Source: Longimicrobiales bacterium
GTDB taxonomy: Bacteria > Gemmatimonadota > Gemmatimonadetes > Longimicrobiales > Gaopeijiaceae
DNA: 64,000 bases
Assembly: GCA_965202805.1 (NCBI GenBank)
Contig: OZ241869.1
Location: 1,760,001 to 1,824,000, forward strand
Reading direction: 5' to 3'
Shown: positions 19,999-30,407 of the stretch, piece by piece
How positions within the stretch are numbered: position 1 is the first letter of the stretch
Layout of the letters: each line of letters begins with the position of its first letter
The notes under the pieces: generated by a model
Told to the model about the DNA's origin: nothing
Seen by the model: only the letters and a program-made list of their open reading frames with translations
The model's database searches: none
Made by a program: the position numbers and the translations under genes

Positions 19999-20424
19999 AT
20001 GAATCCGTCCGCGCACCGGGGGCGGCGAGGCGCCGGGCTGGCGAGGCGCTTCGGAGGCCTGTGTGCCGTCGCGCTGGCGCTCGCCGCCCTTTCCGGGTGC
20101 ACCTCGGCGCGGGGTGAGCCCCGGCCGCCCGGCCGAGTGGAGGGCATATCCCTGGAGGTCCGCAACCAGAGCCGCAACGCGGTCACCATCTACGTGTGGA
20201 GCGACACCTACCAGAACCGGCTGGGGATGGTCGAGGCGCTCAACCGCGACACCTTCAGCTTCCGGTGGAATCTGGCGGGTCGCGTGTACTTCATGATGGA
20301 CTTTCTCGCCCAGGGATGCGTGCTGTCCGAACCCATCGACGTCATCGACGGCGACGAACTGATCCTCACCGTGCAGCCGATCGACCAACGGCGCGCCTCC
20401 CGCGCCGCCTGCCGCAGGCCTTAG
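19999..20424 (+). CDS. Hypothetical lipoprotein
   Basis: Lipobox LSGC then a beta-rich domain (LEVRNQSRNAVTIYV); start uncertain. Confidence 0.6.
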   Translation: MNPSAHRGRRGAGLARRFGGLCAVALALAALSGCTSARGEPRPPGRVEGISLEVRNQSRNAVTIYVWSDTYQNRLGMVEALNRDTFSFRWNLAGRVYFMMDFLAQGCVLSEPIDVIDGDELILTVQPIDQRRASRAACRRP

Positions 20425-20488
20425 GCGGTCAGCCCGGACCGGGTGCGCCGCCGAGCGCCGGTGCCGCCGGGAGTTCGTCCACGCGCTG

Positions 20489-21871
20489 CTACGGGGTCCC
20501 GCCCCCATCCAGCTCGTAGCGGTACCCGAGCGCGCGCGCCTCGATGGAAACGCGAAAGTCGGCGCTGGCGCCCGGAGCCGGAGCGCTGGCCTCCAGGACC
20601 CTCTCTCCCAGCGACCCGGCGCTGTCATGGAAGATGAAGCGCACCCGCACCGGTGCGCCCTCCGGCAGCGCGTTCCCGACGATGCGCCCCTGAACCAGGG
20701 TCCCCCCGTCGGTCACGCTCAGCCTCAGTTCCTCGAGGAGGACCGGCAGGCTGTCGGCACGGGCCACCCCGGCGCGCGCCCCGGCTTCATCTCCCGACTC
20801 CAGCCGGGCCCGCGCCGTGATGAGATGCGCGGATTCACCCAGCGGGTCGACCGCCAGCAGCCGATCGCCGGCTTCCGCGAGCACCGGCCATGCCTCGGCA
20901 GCGAACAGCGCGTTCGCGTAGTTGAACCACGCGTCCCGTGAGTCGGGCTGCCTTTCCGTGAGCAGTTCGAACGCCCGCCCGGCCTGCTCGTAGCGCGACG
21001 AGCGGAAGAGCGCGATCCCCAGGTTGAACAGGTCGGCGGCGGCCAGCGACTCGTCGGTCAGGAGCGACGCGTAGAGTTCAGCGGCCTCGTCCGCGCGCCC
21101 CAGTTCCACGAGGGTCCTCGCGAGGTTGCTGCGCACCCGGATGCTCCCGGGATCCCGCGCCAGCTGCCGGCGCAGCAGCGGTTCCGCGTCGGCGAAGCGA
21201 CCGGCGGCGAGAAGGAGCTGGACGAGCCGATTCTCCGTGTCGCCACGCAGTTCGGCGCGTTCGTGGACCTCGTCCTCCTCCAGCACCCGCGTCGCCGGGC
21301 GCCGGTCCAGACCGTGCAGGGCGTCCCGATACACGCCGATCGCCTCGTCCCGGCGTCCCAACTCCACCAGCAGGCTGGCGACGTTGCGGTGGGCCGCGGG
21401 CCGCAGGTCGTAGATGGCCGTGGCCCCGAGCCAGTGCTCGGCAGCCGCGTCCCGCTCTCCCCGCGCGTAGGCCTCCAGGCCCGCGTTGAACGCCCTGGCC
21501 CAGGCGGCCTCGCGTTCCGGCTCGATGTCCAGTTCGTAGGCCGGATAGATGCGTTCGGCCTCCGCAAACCAGCGGTGGGCCTCGCGGTACTCCCCGAGCC
21601 GGGCTCCGGCTACCCCGGCCAGGAAGTAGTGGATGGAGTTCTCCGGGTCGGCTTCGATCCCCTCCAGAGCCTGCGCGAGCGCGGCCGCCTCCTCACCGTC
21701 GATGTTCAGGTACAGGGTGGCCGTCTGCGAAAACCGGGTCTCGGCGGGCGGCACTCCCGGAGGGTAGACGATCCCGGTGGGGGATCGCACCGGCCCCGAG
21801 GGTCCCCGGCCGACCGCGCAACCCAGGACGAGCGTCATCGCCAGCGCGGCCCGGCCCGCGGGACGCGGCAT
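20489..21871 (-). CDS. Tetratricopeptide-repeat lipoprotein
   Basis: Lipobox VLGC; several TPR-like helices (AHRNVASLL, VRSNLARTL, LFNLGIALF, AWFNYANALF); TGATG coupling to the tonB-like gene. Confidence 0.8.
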   Translation of the reverse strand: MPRPAGRAALAMTLVLGCAVGRGPSGPVRSPTGIVYPPGVPPAETRFSQTATLYLNIDGEEAAALAQALEGIEADPENSIHYFLAGVAGARLGEYREAHRWFAEAERIYPAYELDIEPEREAAWARAFNAGLEAYARGERDAAAEHWLGATAIYDLRPAAHRNVASLLVELGRRDEAIGVYRDALHGLDRRPATRVLEEDEVHERAELRGDTENRLVQLLLAAGRFADAEPLLRRQLARDPGSIRVRSNLARTLVELGRADEAAELYASLLTDESLAAADLFNLGIALFRSSRYEQAGRAFELLTERQPDSRDAWFNYANALFAAEAWPVLAEAGDRLLAVDPLGESAHLITARARLESGDEAGARAGVARADSLPVLLEELRLSVTDGGTLVQGRIVGNALPEGAPVRVRFIFHDSAGSLGERVLEASAPAPGASADFRVSIEARALGYRYELDGGGTP

Positions 21872-22743
21872 CAGGTCCACGGGAACGGGATGCTGAAGAC
21901 CGCGGATCGCGCCACCGCGACACCCTGCTCCCGGGCCGGCCGGAACGAGATCACTTCGTTGACGAGTTCAAGCGCGATCTCGTCGACGCGCCGATCGCCG
22001 CTGGACTCCATGATCTCGGACCACTCCACCGACCCGGTGCGGTCGATCCAGAGGGTGACGCGCACGGTGCGGAAATCGACCTCGGCGAGACCCGCGCTCG
22101 CTGCGGACCGACGCATGAACTCCATGACCTCGTCGGGATTCCGCACCAGCACCCAGGCGGAAAGCGCGGTCAGGGAGAGTTCGGGTTCGAGCACGGACAG
22201 CCGGTCGAGGTCCAGTTCGTCGGGGTCGGGAAGCGATTCCAGCGATGCCGTCGAGGCACTGCCCCCGATGGAGAGCGCGTCGTCGGCATGGGCCTCCTCG
22301 CTACCGGAATCGACGGGGGACTCCGGCTCGGCCGGCTCCAGCTCCGGTTCGGCGAGAATCGGCCGGGGAGCGGCGCGCCCGCGCAACCGCTCCAGGAAGC
22401 CGCGCGCGCGACCATCCCGGCCGGCATCCGCAAACCCGGCGGCATCGGCATCCCCTTCCTCTTCCCCCGCTTCGATTTCCGCGGCGGAGGCCGAGTCTTC
22501 ACCCGCACCCGACACCGCCGCGAACGCGATGGCCTCCACCCCCGGAACCCGGCCGGGAGGCTGGAGAAGGATCCATTCGGTACCCCGGGCCCCGAAAACG
22601 GGCTCGGGCGAGAGGTCCCGCAGCCGCCATCCCGGGAAGAAGGCGAACCCCGCCATGTGGACGAACACGGCAACCACGATCGACCAGGCCAGCCGGTTGT
22701 CCCACTGTGCCTTGAAGCGATCGTTGGCGGTGGGAGCGAACAT
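21871..22743 (-). CDS. TonB family energy-transducer protein
   Basis: N-terminal TM with S..VH, Pro/Glu-rich linker, C-terminal TonB_C (IDRTGSV..SSG..DEIAL..FRPA). Confidence 0.75.
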   Translation of the reverse strand: MFAPTANDRFKAQWDNRLAWSIVVAVFVHMAGFAFFPGWRLRDLSPEPVFGARGTEWILLQPPGRVPGVEAIAFAAVSGAGEDSASAAEIEAGEEEGDADAAGFADAGRDGRARGFLERLRGRAAPRPILAEPELEPAEPESPVDSGSEEAHADDALSIGGSASTASLESLPDPDELDLDRLSVLEPELSLTALSAWVLVRNPDEVMEFMRRSAASAGLAEVDFRTVRVTLWIDRTGSVEWSEIMESSGDRRVDEIALELVNEVISFRPAREQGVAVARSAVFSIPFPWT

Positions 22744-22821
22744 GGGTCACACTAGGGAGGGGCGTGCGGAAAGGACAAGCCCGATCCGCGTCATCGGGAG
22801 ACCGCACCGGAACGGAGTTCC

Positions 22822-23613
22822 ATGAAGATATCCCTCCCCTGGCTGGCGGCGATCCTGACCGTGTGCGGGTTCATGGTCTGGTTGTCGTCGGCCCGACCGG
22901 AGCCTGCCGGGGACCCCGCGCTTCCAGGGCCTGCCGCAGTACCCCCGCTCCCGGCTCCCGCCCGGGCCGGGCCGGACCGCGTCGACCTCCCGGCCGAGGG
23001 TTCGGCGATGCCCTGCCAGGTCCCCCTGCCGTGGCGGCTTGCGCGACTGGACGAGGAATTCGGGCTGGACTCCACGACCGCGGAAACGGTGCTCGGGGAG
23101 GCCGCCGGACTCTGGGAAGCGGCGGTCGGACGGCCGCTCTTCCCGCACGATCCGGACGCGGGCATGCCGGTCCGTTTCATCTACGACGAGCGGCAGGCGC
23201 GCACCGACGAGCGCAGGCGCCTGGAAGCCGACCTCGAACGGCTGCGCGCGACTCTGGATTCCGCCGGGTTCGAGGCTCGCGCCCGCGCGCTGTCCGAGCT
23301 CCTTCCCCCCGATACCGCCGAGGCGGGCGTCTACCGCGAAGCGGTGGTCCGCGACGCCGCGGGCGGGGTCGCCGTCAGCCGTGAAATCCGCATCCATCGC
23401 TTCGCCGATCCCGACGACCTCCGGCGGGTCATCGCGCACGAGCTGGGCCATGCCCTGGGACTCGGCCACGGGTCGGACCCGGGGTCGCTGATGCGGGGTG
23501 GACCGGGATTCGGGGACCACGTTCGCGCAGGCCCCTTCGTCGGCCCCGAGGACCTCGACCGGCTGCGCGTGCTGTGCCCCGGATTGTGGGGCGAAGGCGG
23601 GGGCGCAAACTGA
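22822..23613 (+). CDS. Matrixin (M10) family zinc metalloprotease
   Basis: HELGHALGLGH plus SLM Met-turn; N-terminal TM or signal peptide. Confidence 0.85.
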   Translation: MKISLPWLAAILTVCGFMVWLSSARPEPAGDPALPGPAAVPPLPAPARAGPDRVDLPAEGSAMPCQVPLPWRLARLDEEFGLDSTTAETVLGEAAGLWEAAVGRPLFPHDPDAGMPVRFIYDERQARTDERRRLEADLERLRATLDSAGFEARARALSELLPPDTAEAGVYREAVVRDAAGGVAVSREIRIHRFADPDDLRRVIAHELGHALGLGHGSDPGSLMRGGPGFGDHVRAGPFVGPEDLDRLRVLCPGLWGEGGGAN

Positions 23614-23699
23614 CCCCCTACGCTTTGCGGCTGCCGTCTGCCTGCCCTATACTGAAGGCTGGTGTGGAGTGTCTCGTCGAGACGAGGCGGATCCCCTAA

Positions 23700-26147
23700 A
23701 TGGTTCAGGCGGAGGCAATGAGGACACTCGTCGTCGGCACGTCCCTCGGTGTTGCGCTGGCCCTGCTCGGCGAGCCCCCTTCCCATCCCTCCGCGGAATC
23801 CCGACCGGAGGTGGTGCGGCCCCCCTCCGCGGCCCATGCCGCGTCCATCGAATCCCCGGTTCTCACGCGGGTCGTCGTCCAGTACTGCCAGGTATGTCAC
23901 AACGACGCGCTGCTGACCGGCAACGTCTCGCTGCAGGGATTCGACGTGGAGCGCGCCCCGGAGCAGGCGGAGACGGCGGAACGCATGATCCGCAAGCTGC
24001 GCGCGGGCATGATGCCGCCTCCCGGGATGCCGCGCCCGGCAGGCGACACCCTCCAGGTGCTGGTGCAGACGCTGGAGCAGCTGGTCGATGAAGCCGCGGC
24101 CTTCCGCCCCAATCCCGGAACCCGCCGCTTCCAGAGGCTGAGCCGCGCGGAGTACGAGCGCGTCGTCCGCGACATGCTGGACCTCGAAATCGACGCCGGC
24201 CGCTGGCTCCCCGCCGACGTGCTGCTCGGCAGCTTCGACAACCTGTCGGCGGCCCAGGGGCTGTCGACGACGTTGCTGGCCGCCTACATGCGCGCCGCAA
24301 CCGAGGTGAGCCGCCTCGCGGTGGGCAACCCGGACGCGGTCTCGACCTCGGCGAAGTACACCAACCCGATCGAGGTGTCGCAGCACGCATGGGACCACAT
24401 CGAGGGAACCCCGTTCGGCACCCGCGGCGGGATGGTGGTCACTCACGACTTCCCGGCCGACGGCGAGTACGTCCTCACGGTGGAGACCCTGTTCGGACAG
24501 GGCACCGGCTTCGAGGATCTCGACATCTCCATCGACGGCGAGGGCGTGGCGGTCATCCCCATCCCGCACAACGGAGAGGGCGGCGTGCCGCTCACCACCG
24601 ATCCCGTCTTCGTGCGCGCCGGCCAGCGCCAGGTGGCGGCGGCGTTCGTTCGGCGCATGGACGGCCCCTACGACGACCGCTTCAGCCCCTTCGACTGGTC
24701 GTTCGTGGGAGGCGAGGACGCGCAGCAGTGGGCCAACTACGGCATCACCGCCCTTCCGCACCTGTCGAACCTCATGATCACCGGGCCCACGGCCGTGGCC
24801 GGCGTCTCCGACACGCCGACCCGGAACAGGATCTTCAGCTGCCGGCCCGCGTCCGAATCCGGAGAGAGGCCCTGCGCCGAGTCGATCGTGGCGCGGCTCG
24901 CGGAACAGGCCTACCGCCGCCCGGTCACCGACGAGGACATGCTGGGACTGATGGCGTTCTACGACCAGGGATCCGACGAAGGCGGATTCGAGATCGGCGT
25001 GCGCACGGCGCTCCAGGCACTGCTCGCCAGCCCCTCGTTCGTCTTCCGGCTGGAGCGGGAGCCGTCCGGCCGGGGTGAAGGCGAGAACTACTACCTCGGC
25101 GACCTCGATCTGGCTTCCCGGCTGTCCTTCCTGCTCTGGGCCTCGGCGCCGGACCAGGAGCTGCTCGACATCGCCGCCGGCGGACGGCTTTCCGACGACG
25201 CCGTGCTCGAAGCGCAGGTGCGGCGCATGCTCGCCGATCCGCGCTCCGAGGCGCTGGGAACCCGCTTCGCCCATCAGTGGCTGCGCCTGCAGGATGCCGC
25301 CAAGAACAACCCGGAGCCCTACCTGTACCCGGACTTCACGGGTCAGCTGAGCGACGACCTGGTGCGGGAAACCGAGCTCTTCTTCAATCATCTCGTGCAA
25401 CAGGACCGCGGTTTCCTGGAGTTCTTCAGCGCCGACTACACCTTCCTCAACGAGCGCCTGGCCCGGCACTACGGGATCGAAGGCGTCACCGGCGGCGACT
25501 TCCGCCTGGTGGAGCATCCCGACGACAAGCGGCGCGGCATCCTCGGCCACGGAAGCGTGCTGCTGCTGACCTCGATGTCGGCGCGCACCTCTCCGGTTCT
25601 GCGCGGGAAGTGGGTCATGGAGGTCCTGATGGGTACGCCTCCGCCGCATCCTCCGCCCAACGTGCCCGCCTTCGACCAGACCGAGGGAACGGCGGACGGG
25701 CGCCGCCTTACCACGCGCGAGCGCATGGAGCGGCACCGCGCCAACCCGACCTGCAACGCCTGCCATCGCTTCATGGATCCCATCGGCCTCGCGCTCGACA
25801 ACTACGACGTGACCGGCCGCTGGCGCATCCGCGAGAACATGGTGGCGCTGGACACGCGCGGCGACTTCTACGACGGAACCCCCATCACCACGCCGGCGGA
25901 ACTGACCCGGGTCATGCTCAAGCGTCCGATTCCGCTCGTGCGCAACTTCACCGCGCATCTGCTGGCGTACGCGATCGGCCGCCCCGTGGAGTACTTCGAT
26001 CAGCCGACCATTCGAGCCATCGCGACAGACGCGGAGGCCGAAGGATACAGCATGTCCGCCTTCGTTCTGGGGGTCGTGAAGAGCGATCCCTTCCGGATGA
26101 GACGAACCGAGGCGACCGCAGACACGGAAGCCAACCAGGGAGTGTAA
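23700..26147 (+). CDS. DUF1592/DUF1588/DUF1595 (PSD-type) cytochrome c protein
   Basis: Two CxxCH motifs (CQVCH, CNACH); RRFQRLSRAEY, LASRLSFLLW, RTSPVLRGKWV. Confidence 0.88.
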   Translation: MVQAEAMRTLVVGTSLGVALALLGEPPSHPSAESRPEVVRPPSAAHAASIESPVLTRVVVQYCQVCHNDALLTGNVSLQGFDVERAPEQAETAERMIRKLRAGMMPPPGMPRPAGDTLQVLVQTLEQLVDEAAAFRPNPGTRRFQRLSRAEYERVVRDMLDLEIDAGRWLPADVLLGSFDNLSAAQGLSTTLLAAYMRAATEVSRLAVGNPDAVSTSAKYTNPIEVSQHAWDHIEGTPFGTRGGMVVTHDFPADGEYVLTVETLFGQGTGFEDLDISIDGEGVAVIPIPHNGEGGVPLTTDPVFVRAGQRQVAAAFVRRMDGPYDDRFSPFDWSFVGGEDAQQWANYGITALPHLSNLMITGPTAVAGVSDTPTRNRIFSCRPASESGERPCAESIVARLAEQAYRRPVTDEDMLGLMAFYDQGSDEGGFEIGVRTALQALLASPSFVFRLEREPSGRGEGENYYLGDLDLASRLSFLLWASAPDQELLDIAAGGRLSDDAVLEAQVRRMLADPRSEALGTRFAHQWLRLQDAAKNNPEPYLYPDFTGQLSDDLVRETELFFNHLVQQDRGFLEFFSADYTFLNERLARHYGIEGVTGGDFRLVEHPDDKRRGILGHGSVLLLTSMSARTSPVLRGKWVMEVLMGTPPPHPPPNVPAFDQTEGTADGRRLTTRERMERHRANPTCNACHRFMDPIGLALDNYDVTGRWRIRENMVALDTRGDFYDGTPITTPAELTRVMLKRPIPLVRNFTAHLLAYAIGRPVEYFDQPTIRAIATDAEAEGYSMSAFVLGVVKSDPFRMRRTEATADTEANQGV

Positions 26148-26153
26148 GCGACC

Positions 26154-27584
26154 ATGAACTTCATTACGGGAAAGCACCTTTCTCGCCGTACCTTCCTCCG
26201 CGGGATGGGCACGACCGTTGCGCTCCCCCTGCTGGACGCCATGGTGCCCGCGGGCAAGCTGTGGCGTGACCGCGCCGCCGGTGACTTCACGCGCATGGTG
26301 GCCATCGAGGAGTCGATGGGGTGTGCGGGTGGAAGCGACTGGGGCGACCAGCAGTTCCTGTTCGCACCCGAGAAGGTCGGCCGCGACTTCGAGTTCGTGG
26401 CGACCAGCCAGCTCAAGCCGCTGGAGCCCTTCCGCGAGTACCTGACGGTGATCAGCAACACCGACTCGCGCATGGCGGAGGCGTACCGCGCGGAGGAGAT
26501 CGGCGGCGACCACGACCGCACCACCGCCGTCTTCCTGACCCAGGCCCATCCCAAGCAGACCCAGGGATCGGACGTCTACCTCGGGACCTCGCTGGACCAA
26601 CTGCACGCGCGCCGCTTCGGCCAGGACACGGCGCTGCCCTCGCTCGAGCTCACCACCGAGTCCATCGATCGCGGGGGCGGATGCGCCTACAACTACCACT
26701 GCGCCTACACGACCTCCGTGGCGTGGGCCTCCCCGACCCAGCCGCTCCCGGCCATTCGCGAGCCGCGCGCGGTCTTCGAGCAGCTCTTCGGCGCGGGTGA
26801 CTCCGCCGCCGACCGGGCCGCCCGCCGCCGCACCGACCGCAGCGTCATCGACTGGATCGCCAGCGAAGTGGCGCGCCTGAAGAGAGAGCTGGGGGCCGTC
26901 GACCGCCGGGCCATGGACGAGTACCTGACCCACATCCGCGAGCTGGAGCGCCGCATCGAGCTGGTCGAGGAGCGCAACACCAGCGGCGAGGAGCGGGCGA
27001 TGCCCGAGGCTCCTTCCGGGGTTCCCGATTCCTGGGAAGAGCACATGGAGATCATGTTCGACCTCCAGCTGCTCGCGCTGCAGACGGACATGACCCGCGT
27101 CATCACCTTCAAGATCGGCTTCGATCAGTCGAACCGGACCTTCCCGCTGAGCGGCACCAACAAGTCGATCCACGGAGCGTCGCACCACGGCAACGTCCCC
27201 GCCGACATCATGGACTTCAACCTCATCAATACCCACAGGCTGAGCCTGATGGGGTACTTCCTCGAGAAGATGAAGAACACGATGGAGGGCGACGCCTCCC
27301 TGCTGGACAAGACCGCAATCGTCTGGGGTTCGTCCATGGGCGACCCCAACCTGCACAACCACCGCCGCTGCCCGCTCATCCTGATGGGGCACGCCAACGG
27401 CGCCCTGGAAGGCAACATGCACCTGCGTGCGCCGAAGGGGACGCCGATGGCCGACGTCTTCGTGAGCCTGATGCAGGGCATCGGACACGACGACATGCGA
27501 GCGTTCGGGGACAGCGTGAGCCCCTTCCCGCTTACGTTCCCGAGAGGCGGGGTAGCCGACGCGTTGCGGGAGGCCGGATCGTGA
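26154..27584 (+). CDS. DUF1552 (HXXSHH) domain protein, Tat-exported
   Basis: SRRTFLRG twin-arginine motif; HGASHH; LPSLEL, MGDPNLH. Confidence 0.88.
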   Translation: MNFITGKHLSRRTFLRGMGTTVALPLLDAMVPAGKLWRDRAAGDFTRMVAIEESMGCAGGSDWGDQQFLFAPEKVGRDFEFVATSQLKPLEPFREYLTVISNTDSRMAEAYRAEEIGGDHDRTTAVFLTQAHPKQTQGSDVYLGTSLDQLHARRFGQDTALPSLELTTESIDRGGGCAYNYHCAYTTSVAWASPTQPLPAIREPRAVFEQLFGAGDSAADRAARRRTDRSVIDWIASEVARLKRELGAVDRRAMDEYLTHIRELERRIELVEERNTSGEERAMPEAPSGVPDSWEEHMEIMFDLQLLALQTDMTRVITFKIGFDQSNRTFPLSGTNKSIHGASHHGNVPADIMDFNLINTHRLSLMGYFLEKMKNTMEGDASLLDKTAIVWGSSMGDPNLHNHRRCPLILMGHANGALEGNMHLRAPKGTPMADVFVSLMQGIGHDDMRAFGDSVSPFPLTFPRGGVADALREAGS

Positions 27585-29548
27585 GGGCGTCCGGCGATGT
27601 GGTGACGCGCCACCGCACGGGAGTGCTGGGCGCGATCCTGCTGCTGGTCTCGCTCGCCGGCTCCGCCGAGGCCCAGGACGCCGGACTGATCGAGGCGGCG
27701 AGGCAAGGCGACGCGGAAGCTGTTCAGGCGCTGCTGGCCGGAGGCGCGGACCCGAACCAGGCGCAGGGCGACGGCACGACCGCGCTGCACATGGCGGCGC
27801 TCGAGGGCCACGGCAAGGTGGTGGAGTTCCTGCTGGCGGCAGATGCCGAGGTCGCCGCGACGACCCGCATCGGAGCGTACACGGCGCTTCACCTGGCCAG
27901 CCAGGGCGGACACGGGGCGGCGGTGCGCGCGCTCCTCGAGAAGGGCGCGGATGCGACGCTCGCGACCAGCAACAGCGGGGCCACCCCGCTCCACCTGGCC
28001 GCGCGCGTGGTGGCCGGCGAGGAGGCCGTCGCCGCGCTGCTGGAGCACGGCGCCGACGTGAATGCGCGTGAGGGCTCCGCGGGCCAGACCCCGCTGATGT
28101 TTGCGGCGGCGTTCAACCGGACGGCTGCGGTTCGGGTGCTCCTGAAGCACGGGGCCGACCCGAATGTGGCCACCAGGGTGGTCGACGTGCTGCGCAGCGT
28201 GGCTATCGACCGCGAGGCCAGCCAGCTCCTGCGCGACCGCATCGAGGGCCTTCGCCTCGCGGCCGAGCCGGGCACGGAGCGCGAACTGACGCCGGCGGAG
28301 GTGCAGGAGGCGATCGCCGCCCAGCGGGAGTTCCTGCGCGCGGACCACTCGCAGCGGGACTTCGACCCCGACGATCTCATCCAGTACCGGCCGGACTACC
28401 CCGGCGGCCCGGCTCTCGCCCGTCCCCCCTACCGGGAGACGCTGGTGGGCATGACCGGCGGCATGACCGCGCTGCTGCACGCGGCGCGCGAGGGACACGT
28501 CGAAGCGGGGCTCGCCCTGCTGGACGGCGGGGCCGACATCGACCAGGTCAGCGGCGACGGCACCAGCCCGCTGCTGATGACCATCATCAACGGCCAGTTC
28601 GACCTGGCCATGGAGCTGGTCGAACGCGGCGCCGATCCCGACCGGGCGGCCGACACGGACGGCATCTCACCCCTGTTCGCGGTTCTGCAGACCCACTGGG
28701 CGCCCAAGTCGAACTACCCGCAGCCGCGCGCGCACGACAACGAGCAGACCGAATACCTGGAGCTCCTTCAGGCGCTTCTGGACGCGGGCGCCGACCCGAA
28801 CGTCCAGCTCAACACGCACCTGTGGTACTGGGAGTTCGGGCTCACCAAGATGGGCATCAACCTGGAGGGCGCAACGCCGTTCTACCGGGCCGCCTTCGCC
28901 CAGGACATCGAGGCGATGAAGATGCTGGCCGCCCACGGGGCCGATCCGAACATCCCCACCCGCTGGCCGGCCGTGGGCATGCGCGAGCGGCGCCAGCAGG
29001 ACGGGCGCCAGCAGGAGGATTCGGGGCTTCCCTGGATTCCCGAGGGGTCCTACAACGCCTATCCCGTCCACGCGGCGGCCGGAGGCGGCTGGCAGGGGCT
29101 CGGCGCGTTCAGCGTGCGCGCGGTCCCCGACAACTTCCTCAACGCGGTCAAGTATCTGGTCGACGAGCACGGGGCGGACGTGAACCTGGCCGACTCGTGG
29201 CTGTACCGGCCGATTCACTACGCCGCGGCCCGGGGTGACAACGAGCTCATCATGTACCTGGTCGAGCAGGGCGCGGATGTGACGGCCATCACCCGGCTGG
29301 GCCAGTCCGCGGCCGACATGGCGCGCGGCGGGCGGTCCGGCTTTTTCGTACGGGTCGCCTACCCGGAGACCGAGGAGCTTCTGGTCGAGCTCGGCTCCAG
29401 CCGCGAGTGCGAGCACACCCATTTCCTCGACACCGGCGACTTCTGCGAGGGCCTCGGGGTCTTCGATCCGTGGAAGGAAAAGGGGATTCCGCAGACGACG
29501 GAGACCGTGGTGCCGCCACCGCCTCCTCCGGGAGGGAATCGGCGGTAG
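27581..29548 (+). CDS. Secreted ankyrin-repeat protein
   Basis: Multiple TALH/TPLH/TPLM..AA..G repeats ending GADPN/GADVN; signal peptide; GTGA overlap with DUF1552 stop. Confidence 0.9.
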   Translation: MRASGDVVTRHRTGVLGAILLLVSLAGSAEAQDAGLIEAARQGDAEAVQALLAGGADPNQAQGDGTTALHMAALEGHGKVVEFLLAADAEVAATTRIGAYTALHLASQGGHGAAVRALLEKGADATLATSNSGATPLHLAARVVAGEEAVAALLEHGADVNAREGSAGQTPLMFAAAFNRTAAVRVLLKHGADPNVATRVVDVLRSVAIDREASQLLRDRIEGLRLAAEPGTERELTPAEVQEAIAAQREFLRADHSQRDFDPDDLIQYRPDYPGGPALARPPYRETLVGMTGGMTALLHAAREGHVEAGLALLDGGADIDQVSGDGTSPLLMTIINGQFDLAMELVERGADPDRAADTDGISPLFAVLQTHWAPKSNYPQPRAHDNEQTEYLELLQALLDAGADPNVQLNTHLWYWEFGLTKMGINLEGATPFYRAAFAQDIEAMKMLAAHGADPNIPTRWPAVGMRERRQQDGRQQEDSGLPWIPEGSYNAYPVHAAAGGGWQGLGAFSVRAVPDNFLNAVKYLVDEHGADVNLADSWLYRPIHYAAARGDNELIMYLVEQGADVTAITRLGQSAADMARGGRSGFFVRVAYPETEELLVELGSSRECEHTHFLDTGDFCEGLGVFDPWKEKGIPQTTETVVPPPPPPGGNRR

Positions 29549-29599
29549 GCTGCCCGCGACCCGGCTTCGGGAGACGCTCCGCGCCGTGAGGGCCGGAAG

Positions 29600-30040
29600 C
29601 TAGTCCTCCCAGCTTACCGCGTCCCCCACCTGGATGCGGGCGTCGCTCAGCACCGTGCAGAACACACCCCCGCGCCAGTCCGGGTCCAGGGCGTCGCGCA
29701 GACCGCTGAGCTGCTCCTCCATGATCGTGCAGGGCCGGGTCTCGCCGCGGATCTGAAGCAGGCAGTCCCCGATACGGATCCTGCGGTCGCGGGTCTCGGC
29801 CAGACGGACGCCGCTGACCATCAGGTTGGCGCGTCTCAGCGCCGGATCGACCGGTGTGCCCAGCTCGTCGTCGAGTTCGTCGAAGACTTCCTTCTCGATC
29901 AATGTGACCTGGCGCCTGGGCCGCCCGAAGTTCGCGTCACCGGCGAGTCCACCTCCCGCTTCCGCGCTGGCCTCGGAGACGGCGCTCATCTCGCCGCCAC
30001 GCTGCCGCTTCAGCCAGATCGCCTCGAGTCTTCCGCTCAT
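29600..30040 (-). CDS. MOSC domain protein
   Basis: GGLAGD, RQVTLI, RRANLMVSG, ETRPC, RGGVFC. Confidence 0.85.
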   Translation of the reverse strand: MSGRLEAIWLKRQRGGEMSAVSEASAEAGGGLAGDANFGRPRRQVTLIEKEVFDELDDELGTPVDPALRRANLMVSGVRLAETRDRRIRIGDCLLQIRGETRPCTIMEEQLSGLRDALDPDWRGGVFCTVLSDARIQVGDAVSWED

Positions 30041-30407
30041 CCGTATCGCTCCTGTCGGTTTCTCTCCGGTCCCCGGAGGTATCGTCGGTTCCGGGTTTAT
30101 CGTCGCCCCGGTCCCGCTCGCACCATCGTCACGTCCTCTGCCCGAACCGCTCCAGAATACCCTATCGCGTCCCCGAAGGCGAGAGACGATTCCCGCCGGT
30201 CCGGTACCGACCCTGAGCGCCGGCCGACCCTGCCGGGATCACTCGCGCCGAGTTCCCGGTGAAGTCGTCCCATCCAGCCATGGCTTCGCCCGTGTGAACG
30301 GCTTCGGAATGGTCCCTGAATGGCCTCAAGGCAATGAGGAGCGGGGCGGTCCGTGGCTTCGGGCCGCGGACTCGAGCCCCGGAGAGCCCACCGCCAACAC
30401 GGAGACC

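Noticed and set aside
23331..27488. 1385-aa minus-strand ORF, and similar long antisense ORFs such as 16013-19204, 5786-7573 and 45323-47263
   Set aside because: Shadow ORFs opposite well-supported genes; high GC suppresses stop codons and no family motifs are present.
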